From: Pseudomonas aeruginosa PAO1
GTDB lineage: Bacteria > Pseudomonadota > Gammaproteobacteria > Pseudomonadales > Pseudomonadaceae
Assembly: GCF_000006765.1 (NCBI RefSeq)
Contig: NC_002516.2
Reading direction: 5' to 3' (one strand)
Length of the DNA: 64,000 nucleotides
Positions 9,914-18,161 of this stretch are shown one piece after another; within the stretch, counting starts at the first letter, position 1; every line of letters begins with the position of its first letter. The notes below the pieces were generated by a model. It saw nothing but the letters and a program-made list of their open reading frames with translations, was not told where the DNA came from and did no database searches. Both the position numbers and the translations under genes were made by a program.

Positions 9914-10825
9914 TCATTGCGTCTCGCCGGCCGCCTGGCGACCGAACAGTTCCACCAGCCAGTCGACGAACACCCTCACCCGCGGCGACAACTGGCGCTG
10001 CGAGGGATACACGGCATGCAGCGCCAGCGATGGCGGCAACCATTCTCCGAGCACTTGTCGGAGGCTACCGTCGGCCAGGCCGGCGGCGACGTGATAGTGC
10101 GGCGCCTGGATCAGCCCGAGCCCGGCCCGGCAGGCGGCGACGTAGGCATCGGCGTTGTTGACGCTGACCCGGCTGCGCATCGGCAACGTGCGCAGACGCC
10201 CGTCGACGCTGAACTCGAAGTCGAAGGTACGCCCGCTGGAAGGCGACTGGTAGTTCACCGCGAGGTGCCCGCCGAGCTCGGCGAGCTGCCGCGGATGGCC
10301 ATGACGCTCCAGGTAGGCGGCGCTGGCGCAGGTGACCTGCGGCAGGTCGGCCAGGTGCCGGCCGACCAGGCTCGAATCGTGCAGTTCGCCGACCCGCAGC
10401 ACGCAGTCCGCGCCCTCGCGCAGCAGGTCGACCAGGCGATCGTTGCTGCTCAACTGCAGCTCCAGTTCCGGGTAGCGCTCGCAGAACTCCGGCAGGAACG
10501 GAATCACCCGCATCCGCCCCAGTGCGCCCGGCAGGTCGACCCGCAAGCGCCCGCGCGGGTTGTTCAGGACGCGTGGAAAGCAGCTTTCCGCCTCCTCCAG
10601 GTCCGCCAGCAGGCGCACGCAACGCTCGTAGTAGGCCTGCCCGTCGAGGGTCAGGCTGACCTGGCGGGTGGTGCGCTGCAGCAACTGCACGCCAAGGTGC
10701 GCCTCCAGTTGCTGGATCGCCTGGGTCACGCTGGCGCGCGGCAGCTCCAGGCTGTCCGCGGCCTTGCCGAAGGCGCCCAGCTCGACGATGCGGGTGAAGG
10801 CCTGCATGGCCTGGAAACGATCCAT
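9914..10825 (-). CDS. LysR-family regulator (CrgA-like)
   Basis: MDRFQAM...LEAHLGVQLLQRTTRQVSLT HTH; 303 aa; divergent from an aldo/keto reductase. Confidence 0.93.
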   Translation of the reverse strand: MDRFQAMQAFTRIVELGAFGKAADSLELPRASVTQAIQQLEAHLGVQLLQRTTRQVSLTLDGQAYYERCVRLLADLEEAESCFPRVLNNPRGRLRVDLPGALGRMRVIPFLPEFCERYPELELQLSSNDRLVDLLREGADCVLRVGELHDSSLVGRHLADLPQVTCASAAYLERHGHPRQLAELGGHLAVNYQSPSSGRTFDFEFSVDGRLRTLPMRSRVSVNNADAYVAACRAGLGLIQAPHYHVAAGLADGSLRQVLGEWLPPSLALHAVYPSQRQLSPRVRVFVDWLVELFGRQAAGETQ

Positions 10826-10839
10826 CGGACACCCTCGAT

Positions 10840-10852
10840 TATTTGGAAAATA
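10840..10852. promoter_or_regulatory. LTTR T-N11-A box
   Basis: TATTT-GGA-AAATA dyad between the divergent LysR and AKR genes. Confidence 0.4.
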
Positions 10853-10943
10853 CGAATGGTAAAACCGTAATTATGGGCTTTATCCAGACCAATGCAGAGC
10901 GAAGAATGACGACGTTTTCCTTCCCTCCCGCGAGGCTCGACAC

Positions 10944-11939
10944 ATGAAAACCCGTCAACTCGGCCACAACGGCCCTTCCGTCTCCGCCATCGGCCTCGGC
11001 TGCATGGGCATGACCGACTTCTACACCACCGGCGGCGACCGCCAGGAGGCCATCGCCACCCTGCATCGCGCCGTGGAACTCGGGCTGAACTTCTTCGATA
11101 CCGCCGACATGTACGGCCCGCACAGTAACGAGGAACTGCTCGGCGAGGCCCTGCGCGGCAAACGCGAGCAGGTGTTCCTGGCCAGCAAGTTCGGCATCGT
11201 CCGCGACCCTGCCAATCCCCGGGCGCGCGGCGTCGACGGCAGCCCGGCGTACATCCGCCGCGCCATCGAAGGCAGCCTGAAGCGCCTCGGTACCGACCGC
11301 CTGGACCTGTACTATCAGCACCGCATGGACCCGCAGGTACCCATCGAGGACAGCGTCGGCGCCCTCGCCGACCTGGTGAAGGCCGGCAAGATCCGCCACA
11401 TCGGTCTCAGCGAAGCCTCGGCGGAAACCCTCGAGCGTGCCCACCGGGTGCACCCGATCAGCGCGTTGCAGAGCGAGTACTCGCTGTGGACCCGCGATCC
11501 GGAGGACACCGGGGTGCTCGCCGCCTGCCGTCGCCTGGGCATCGCCTTCGTCCCCTACAGCCCGCTGGGCCGAGGTTTCCTTACCGGCACCCTGAAGCGC
11601 CCGGAAGACTTCGCCGCCGACGACTACCGTCGTTTCAGCCCGCGCTTCCAGGGCGAGAACTTCGCGAAGAACCTGAAGCTGGTGGACAAGGTCGGCGAAC
11701 TGGCCGCAGCCAAGGGCGTGAAACCCTCGCAACTGGCGCTGGCCTGGGTGCTGGCGCAGGGCGATGACCTGATCCCGATTCCCGGCACCAAGCAGCGGCG
11801 CTACCTGGAGGAGAACGTCGCCGCGACGGAATTGCGCCTGAGCGCGGCGGAACTGGCCGAGCTGGATGCGATCTTCCCCGCCGAGGCGGTCGCCGGCAGT
11901 CGCTATAGCGAGGAAGGCATGCGCCTGGTCAATCTCTGA
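10944..11939 (+). CDS. Aldo/keto reductase
   Basis: [34 protein letters not shown]; 331 aa. Confidence 0.93.
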   Translation: MKTRQLGHNGPSVSAIGLGCMGMTDFYTTGGDRQEAIATLHRAVELGLNFFDTADMYGPHSNEELLGEALRGKREQVFLASKFGIVRDPANPRARGVDGSPAYIRRAIEGSLKRLGTDRLDLYYQHRMDPQVPIEDSVGALADLVKAGKIRHIGLSEASAETLERAHRVHPISALQSEYSLWTRDPEDTGVLAACRRLGIAFVPYSPLGRGFLTGTLKRPEDFAADDYRRFSPRFQGENFAKNLKLVDKVGELAAAKGVKPSQLALAWVLAQGDDLIPIPGTKQRRYLEENVAATELRLSAAELAELDAIFPAEAVAGSRYSEEGMRLVNL

Positions 11940-11983
11940 GACAGTGAAGCTGCAGTCACGTCCCCGTATGCCGGAGCCTGGTT

Positions 11984-12064
11984 GTAGGGCGAATCACCGC
12001 TTGCGGTTATCCGCCGCTTATCCGGGGTTTCGGCGGATACCGCCTGTGGCGGTATCCGCCCTAC
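11984..12064. repeat. Inverted REP doublet (GTAG-type)
   Basis: GTAGGGCGAATCACCGCTTGCGGTTATCCGCC ... GGCGGATACCGCCTGTGGCGGTATCCGCCCTAC between convergent genes. Confidence 0.8.
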
Positions 12065-12169
12065 GGGTCTCTATCGCTCGCAATTTCCTGGCTGCCTACA
12101 CGGCGGGAAAACGACGACGGGGCGGCCGCCATCGGCAACCGCCCCGCTCCCCTCGGCGCCAGGCGAACC

Positions 12170-13105
12170 TCAGGGCGTCCACCAGTAGCGCACCACGTGG
12201 AAGAAGATCGGCGCGGCGAAGCACACCGAGTCCAGGCGGTCGAGCATGCCACCGTGACCTTCGATCATGTGCCCCCAGTCCTTGACCCCACGGTCGCGCT
12301 TGATCGCCGACATCACCAGGCCGCCGAAGAAGCCCAGCAGGTTGATCAGCAGCGCGATCAACGCCGCCTGCCAGAGGTTGAACGGGGTGATCCACCACAG
12401 CGAGGCGCCGATGGCGGTGGCCAGGGCGATGCCGCCGACGAAGCCTTCGACGGTCTTCGACGGCGACAGGTTGGGAGCGATCTTGCGCTTGCCGAACAGC
12501 TTGCCGCAGATGTACTGCATCACGTCGGAGAGCTGCACGACGATCACCAGGTAGGCGATCAGCAGCAGGTTGCGCCCCTCGAAGCCGGGGATGTCGAGGG
12601 TCAGCAGCGCCGGCACGAAGGAGATACAGAACACCGCCAGCATCAGGCCCCACTGCACTTTCGAGGCGCGCTCGAGGAAGTGCTTGGTGTCGCCGCCCAG
12701 CGAGGCGAGGATCGGCAACAGCAGGAACACGTACACCGGGATGAAGATCGAGAACATGCTGTACCAGTCGATGTAGATCAGCAGGTACTGCATCGGCAGC
12801 ACGAAGTAGAACGCCGCCACCAGCGCCGGGTAGTCGCTGCGCCGGGTCGGGGTGAGGGTGATGAACTCGCGCAGGGCGTAGAACGACACGCCATAGAACA
12901 GCAGGATCACCGCCGCCTGGCCAAGCCAGAAGGCGAAACCGATCACCAGGACCATCGCCCACCAGGCGTTGATCCGCGCGTTCAGGTTGTCGATCACCGC
13001 GTTCGGGCCGGGACCGGCGCGCCACTTGAGGACGAAGCCGACCAGCGAGGCGAGCAGCAGCAGCGCGCCGATCCCGCCGAAGAGCATCCAGGTCTGTTCG
13101 TTCAT
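12170..13105 (-). CDS. Phosphatidate cytidylyltransferase (YnbB/CdsA-like)
   Basis: SPSKTVEG, SAIKRDRGVKDWG, GHGGMLDRLDS CTP_transf_1 motifs. Confidence 0.9.
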   Translation of the reverse strand: MNEQTWMLFGGIGALLLLASLVGFVLKWRAGPGPNAVIDNLNARINAWWAMVLVIGFAFWLGQAAVILLFYGVSFYALREFITLTPTRRSDYPALVAAFYFVLPMQYLLIYIDWYSMFSIFIPVYVFLLLPILASLGGDTKHFLERASKVQWGLMLAVFCISFVPALLTLDIPGFEGRNLLLIAYLVIVVQLSDVMQYICGKLFGKRKIAPNLSPSKTVEGFVGGIALATAIGASLWWITPFNLWQAALIALLINLLGFFGGLVMSAIKRDRGVKDWGHMIEGHGGMLDRLDSVCFAAPIFFHVVRYWWTP

Positions 13106-13106
13106 C

Positions 13107-13736
13107 TCAGGCCTCCTCTTCCGGCGCCAGGTCCAGCAGGGCCATGCGCGCTCGTTCGAGGAACGCCTCCTTGCCTTCTTCCGCCGTGGCGACCAGCGGC
13201 TTGCCGAAGCTCAGGGTGCAGAGCAGCGGCAACGGCAGCATGCGGCCCTTGGGCATGACCCGGTTGAGGTTGGCCAGCCAGACCGGCACCAGCTCGACGT
13301 CCGGGTGGGCCAGGGACAGGTGGTAGATACCGCTCTTGAATGGCAACAGCTTGACCTCGTCGTCCAGGTTGCGGGTGCCCTCGGGGAAGATGATCAGCGA
13401 ATCGCCGCCGTCCAGGGCGCGGTCGAGGGGTTCGAGCGGATTGGCATTGGCCTCGCTGCGCTGGCGGTCGACCAGCACGCCGTTGAACACCTTGTTGATC
13501 ACGTAGCTGCGCAGGCCGGCCTTGTTCCAGTAGTCGGCGCCCGCCACCGGCCGGGTACGCCGCCGCACCTCCGGCGGCAGCGAGGCCCAGAGCAGGACGA
13601 AGTCGCCATGGCTGCTGTGGTTGGCGTAATAGATGCGTTGCTTGGGGATCGGCGTGGTGCCCAGCCAGAGGCTGCGCAAGCCGGTGATGGCGCGGGCGCC
13701 GGCGATGATGCCATAGGCGACGACTGATTCGAGCAT
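13107..13736 (-). CDS. PlsC-type lysophospholipid acyltransferase
   Basis: Start MLESVV at 13736; NHSSHGD (HX4D), IFPEGTR; 209 aa. Confidence 0.88.
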   Translation of the reverse strand: MLESVVAYGIIAGARAITGLRSLWLGTTPIPKQRIYYANHSSHGDFVLLWASLPPEVRRRTRPVAGADYWNKAGLRSYVINKVFNGVLVDRQRSEANANPLEPLDRALDGGDSLIIFPEGTRNLDDEVKLLPFKSGIYHLSLAHPDVELVPVWLANLNRVMPKGRMLPLPLLCTLSFGKPLVATAEEGKEAFLERARMALLDLAPEEEA

Positions 13737-13747
13737 GGGAAGACTCT

Positions 13748-14200
13748 TCAGGTTTGAGCGTTGAATAGAGGGATCGACAACAGGCACGACAAGGCCAGCA
13801 GGAACTGGGCGCCACAGGCCAGCGCCTGCCAGCGTAGCAGGCGCAGGGCGCCGCGGCTGCGCTGGTTCCAGGTGCGCCCTGCGGCGTCCGCTCGGGCCAG
13901 GCCGAGATCGGCCAGGGCCCGGTCCAGGTCTTGGGTCTGCGCTTCCAGCCTGTCGCCGACGCGGCTGAAACGTTCGAACAGTTCGGCGTCCAGGGCCACT
14001 CGCAGCGCCCAGTACTTCTGCCACAGGCCGAGCAGGGCGATCGCCAGCATCGCCGCAGCGAAATAGCGCCAGCCGATGCCCTGCACGGCCTGGTACAGGC
14101 CCAGCCCGATGGCCAGCAGGGTCAGTGCGGCGGACAGCCGGTCAAGCTCGCGGCCACGGCGCAGCAGGGCCGCCACCAGGGCCAGGGTTTGCTCAGGCAT
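13748..14200 (-). CDS. Small membrane protein of unknown function inside the lipid operon
   Basis: 150 aa, about 3 hydrophobic segments; overlaps the upstream stop codon. Confidence 0.72.
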   Translation of the reverse strand: MPEQTLALVAALLRRGRELDRLSAALTLLAIGLGLYQAVQGIGWRYFAAAMLAIALLGLWQKYWALRVALDAELFERFSRVGDRLEAQTQDLDRALADLGLARADAAGRTWNQRSRGALRLLRWQALACGAQFLLALSCLLSIPLFNAQT

Positions 14201-15542
14201 GGCGCACCTCGCCCAGTTCCGCCGATGGCTCCGGCACGCTTCCGCTCAGCGCCGCGAGGGTCCGCCGCTGGGCCTCGCCCAGCAGCACTTGCGGTCGCGC
14301 CCGACGTAACACGGCCACGGCCGACTCGACGTCCGCCGCGCGGCCGCTGAGCAGCAGCCAGGCGGCGACCAGCGTGGCGCTGCGCGAATAGCCCAGGGCA
14401 CAGGCCACCAGCAGCGGCCCTTGCGCCAGCAGTTCGTCGATCAGCACCGCGGCGCGCCGGCAGTCCTCGACGTCCGGCGCGACCAGGTCGAGCAACGGCA
14501 GGCTGCGATAGGCCAGCCCCTGCGGCTCGCAGGAAAGTTCGGCGGTAGCGTCGAGCAATGCGCGGAAGCGGCCGTCGGCCAGTTCCGCGGACGACGGCAG
14601 GCGCCCCAACCAGAGGCCCGGCAGCACCTCGTCCGGCTGCGGCCGGCGACGGGTCCAGAGCCAGGCGTTGATCCGCGCGGCAAGCAGATATGGCGCCAGC
14701 AGCCAGCGCGCGGCGGCGCTCAGGCGGCCAGTGCTGCCCTTCTGGAAGCCGGCGGCGCCGAACAGCAGGTAGTTCAGCGCCACCAGCGCCAGCGCCAGCG
14801 CCGGCCAGCACAGCCACAACGCCGCACCGCCGACGGCAAAGGCGACGGCGGCGCAGGCCAGCGCGCCGAGGCCGTAGCAAGCGGCCAGCCGCCGCCGTTG
14901 CCGGTCGCGGCTCAGACTGGCGCGGGCGAACGGCGCGGGCTGCGCCTGCGGCCACAGCCAGACGCACAGCCAACCGGCCAGCGCGCCGGTGGGCACGTCG
15001 ATGAAATGGTGCTGCCAGGTGGTCAGCACCGACAGCCCGATCAGCGCGAACCAGCCATGCAGCAGCCAGCGCCAGGCGCCGCTGGCGTAGCGCGCGTAGC
15101 AGACCCAGAGCACTACCAGCAGGGCGATGTGCAGCGACGGTGCCTGGTTGTACGGTTTGTCGAACCCCATCAGCACGTCGAACAGCCAGCCGAACACGCC
15201 GCCCAGTTCCGGCCGTTCGAAGGTGAAGCGCAGGGGGAACAGCAGGAAGCAGGTCACCGACAGCACCTGGGCGCTGAGCAGGCGCAGGCAGTGGGTGTCC
15301 AGCTCGCGCTTGTCCCGCGGCAACAACAGCGACAGGCCGTAGAGCAGGTCGATCGACCAGTACGGCAGGATGGTCCAGGGCCACAGCGGCATCCCGCGTT
15401 CCCAGTCGAAGACCAGGCTGCCGACGTCGCCGCGCTGGCTGGTCAACCAGTTGGCCAGGCCATAGCTGGCGAAGAAGAACGGGCCGAGGAACAGCAGCCA
15501 GAGCACCGCCCGCTTCAGTACCCCCGGCTCGCGCGGCGCCAT
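14193..15542 (-). CDS. PAP2-like membrane domain fused to a dual-specificity phosphatase (YnbD-like)
   Basis: Start MAPREPG at 15542; APSLH and HHFID PAP2 motifs; C-terminal ACALGYSRS (CX5R). Confidence 0.85.
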   Translation of the reverse strand: MAPREPGVLKRAVLWLLFLGPFFFASYGLANWLTSQRGDVGSLVFDWERGMPLWPWTILPYWSIDLLYGLSLLLPRDKRELDTHCLRLLSAQVLSVTCFLLFPLRFTFERPELGGVFGWLFDVLMGFDKPYNQAPSLHIALLVVLWVCYARYASGAWRWLLHGWFALIGLSVLTTWQHHFIDVPTGALAGWLCVWLWPQAQPAPFARASLSRDRQRRRLAACYGLGALACAAVAFAVGGAALWLCWPALALALVALNYLLFGAAGFQKGSTGRLSAAARWLLAPYLLAARINAWLWTRRRPQPDEVLPGLWLGRLPSSAELADGRFRALLDATAELSCEPQGLAYRSLPLLDLVAPDVEDCRRAAVLIDELLAQGPLLVACALGYSRSATLVAAWLLLSGRAADVESAVAVLRRARPQVLLGEAQRRTLAALSGSVPEPSAELGEVRHA

Positions 15543-17302
15543 CAGCGGGCGACCTTCTGCGCCAGCGATACGCTGAAGATGCCCCACTGGTCGACCCGCT
15601 GGGTGATCTTGCGGAAGCCGGCGGCGGCCACCAGCTGGTCCATTTCCGCCTGGGTCCGGCGCCGCATCACCCAGGCCTGGCCCTGGCGGTGGCTGGTCAG
15701 CGCGCGGGCGATCAGTTCCAGCTGCGGGTGCCAGGGCTGTCCGGTGTAGACCAGGTAGCCGCCCTCCTCCAGCGCCTCGCCGAGGCCGGCGAGGGAGTCG
15801 CCGACCATGCGGTTGTCGGCGAACAGCTCGTAGAGCCCGGAAACCACCCCGAGGCTCGGCTTCGGTTGCAGCGCCGCCAGGTCGGCGCGATCGAAGGCAT
15901 CGCCCTTGACGAAGCGGGCGATGCCGGCGAGGCCCTTGCTTTCGATCAGGGCGCTGCCGTCACGCACGTTGATCTCGCTGTAGTCGCGCAGGAGGATGCT
16001 TTCCGGCAGCGGCTCGACGCCTTGCAGGGCTTCGAGGATGTAGCGGCCGTGGCCGGCGGCGATGTCGACGATGCGCACCTCGCGCTGCTCCTCGCGCAAC
16101 CGCTGCATGGCCAGGCGCAGCAGTTCCTCGACGTGCAGCTTGCGCTGGCGGATGCCGCGCCAGCCGATGGAGTCCAGGTAGTTGCGGTCGATCAGGCGAC
16201 CCAGCGGGCCGCTGCCGCAGGGCTGGTTGCGGTAGACATAGTCGAGGGTGCTGCCGGAATCGAAGCCGGTGTCGAAGCCCAGCTTGACCCCGTCCGACCA
16301 CAGGCTGCCCAGGCGCAGCCCGGCACGGGTGGCGCGCCAGTAGAGATCGCGCGGCGAGTTCTTCGGCAACGGCGCGGCCAGCGCCTCGGCCTCGGCGCAG
16401 GTATGACCCAGGCGGTCGGCATCAAGCAGGCTCGGTCGTTCAGGTGCCGTGGCGAATGCCTCGAGGAGGAAGCGCCGGGCACGGCCGACGGCCAGGTGAC
16501 GATCGCGCTCGCCAAGGGTGTCGTGGAAGAAGCCGGGCAGGATGTGCTTTTCCTTGCGCAGGCTGCCGAGACGCTCGAAGAAGCGCTCCTGCGGCGCACG
16601 ATGGACGACGAAGTCGGCCCCGGAAATCAGCAGTTGGGTGGGAATCTGGATCGCCTGTGCGTCCGCTACCACCCGCTCGGCAGCTTCGTAGAGGCCGAGC
16701 AGGACGTTCACCGAGATCGCCTTGGCGATCAGCGGGTCGCTGTCGTAGGAGGCGATCCGCTCCGGGTCGTGACTGAGGAAGCGTGCCTTGACATAGCTGT
16801 TGACGAAGAAATTGCCGCGCCACAGGCGCATCAGTTTCAGCCCGCTGCGGGCGAACGGCACGTAGAGCTTGACCTGGAACGCCGGCGAAGCCAGCACCAG
16901 TGCGCGCACCTTCGGCGCGTAGTCGTGGGCCCAGGTGGAAACCAGCACCGCGCCGACGCTCTGCGCCACCACCGCCATCCGCTCTTCGGCGATACCGTGG
17001 ACGGCCTGGATATGGTCGACGAAGGTCTGTACGTCGCGCACGCTGGTGGCAAAGCTCGGGCTGTCGCCGCGGGCGCCTGGCGAGAGGCCGTGGCCACGGG
17101 CGTCCCAGGCGAAGAAGTCGTGTTCCGGCAGGTCGAGTTCGTCGACCAGGTGGGCGATCCGCCCGGAGTGCTCATGGCCGCGGTGGAACAGCAGCACCGC
17201 CTGGCGCGTGCCGTCCGGCGCCGGGCGGCTGGCCGGCCAGTGGCGGTAGAAGAGCTCTACCCCGTCGTGGGTGGTGAAACGCAATTCCTGTACGTCGCGC
17301 AT
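15542..17302 (-). CDS. Alpha/beta hydrolase fused to a class I SAM methyltransferase (YnbC-like)
   Basis: HRGHEHSG, DARGHGLS, AQSVG nucleophile elbow; C-terminal IVDIAAGHG SAM motif; 586 aa. Confidence 0.88.
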   Translation of the reverse strand: MRDVQELRFTTHDGVELFYRHWPASRPAPDGTRQAVLLFHRGHEHSGRIAHLVDELDLPEHDFFAWDARGHGLSPGARGDSPSFATSVRDVQTFVDHIQAVHGIAEERMAVVAQSVGAVLVSTWAHDYAPKVRALVLASPAFQVKLYVPFARSGLKLMRLWRGNFFVNSYVKARFLSHDPERIASYDSDPLIAKAISVNVLLGLYEAAERVVADAQAIQIPTQLLISGADFVVHRAPQERFFERLGSLRKEKHILPGFFHDTLGERDRHLAVGRARRFLLEAFATAPERPSLLDADRLGHTCAEAEALAAPLPKNSPRDLYWRATRAGLRLGSLWSDGVKLGFDTGFDSGSTLDYVYRNQPCGSGPLGRLIDRNYLDSIGWRGIRQRKLHVEELLRLAMQRLREEQREVRIVDIAAGHGRYILEALQGVEPLPESILLRDYSEINVRDGSALIESKGLAGIARFVKGDAFDRADLAALQPKPSLGVVSGLYELFADNRMVGDSLAGLGEALEEGGYLVYTGQPWHPQLELIARALTSHRQGQAWVMRRRTQAEMDQLVAAAGFRKITQRVDQWGIFSVSLAQKVAR

Positions 17303-17391
17303 GTGATGTCCCTATGTCGTTGCCCCGGCCGGGATCCCGGCGGGGTTGCTTCCTGCGGGCGCCCACCTCCATGGCGTTCGCCCGTTCCCTC

Positions 17392-18027
17392 TCAGGCCTG
17401 GCCGTCGCTGCCCCGTCGACTCGCGGCCAGCTCGGCCAGGCCCTGGCGCACGCGGTTGCCGATGGTCAGCAACAGCAGGGCCGCGATCAGCAACATCAGC
17501 CAGTCGATCCAGGCCAGCGGCAACAGGCCGCTGGCCACCCCGGCGCCGATCACGCCGAAACACAGCGCCCGGTCGCTCTTGCCCATCGGGCCGTCGTAGC
17601 GGCGCGAAGCGCCGACCATGGTGCCCAGCGCGCCGGCATATTCGCTGATCACCGCCAGCAGCACCACCAGCACCACCCACAGCGGGTTGACTCCCGGCAA
17701 CAGGGCGAACGGCAGGTACAGGCCGCTGTCGGCGATCACGTCGGTGAGTTCGTTGAGGTAGGCGCCCAGGTCGGATTTCTGGCCGAACTCGCGGGCAAGC
17801 ATGCCGTCCACCGCGTTCAGCGCCATGCGCAGGAACATCCACAGCGGAACGAGGGCGAACAGCCAGAGATGGCTGGCGAAACCGGCGACCAGCGCGCCGA
17901 CCAGCAGGGACAGCAGGCAAGCCGCCAGGGTCACCTGGTTGGCAGTGATGCCGCGCTGGTAGAGGCGCTGCACGCCGGGACGAAGAAGATTCTGAAAGCG
18001 CGGTTTGAGTTGATAGACGGAAATCAT
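17392..18027 (-). CDS. CDP-alcohol phosphatidyltransferase (YnbA-like)
   Basis: DGMLAREFGQKSDLGAYLNELTD motif; 211 aa, hydrophobic. Confidence 0.88.
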   Translation of the reverse strand: MISVYQLKPRFQNLLRPGVQRLYQRGITANQVTLAACLLSLLVGALVAGFASHLWLFALVPLWMFLRMALNAVDGMLAREFGQKSDLGAYLNELTDVIADSGLYLPFALLPGVNPLWVVLVVLLAVISEYAGALGTMVGASRRYDGPMGKSDRALCFGVIGAGVASGLLPLAWIDWLMLLIAALLLLTIGNRVRQGLAELAASRRGSDGQA

Positions 18028-18161
18028 GTCAGCCAGTCCTTGTGCCGAGTTGCTTCGGGCACCGACCTGGCGGTCGGCGCCCGCTCCATTCTACGACGTC
18101 GATGCGCCGCTAAAAGTGACATACTTTTATGCGTTACGCATGGTCCGTATCAGCGCATCCG

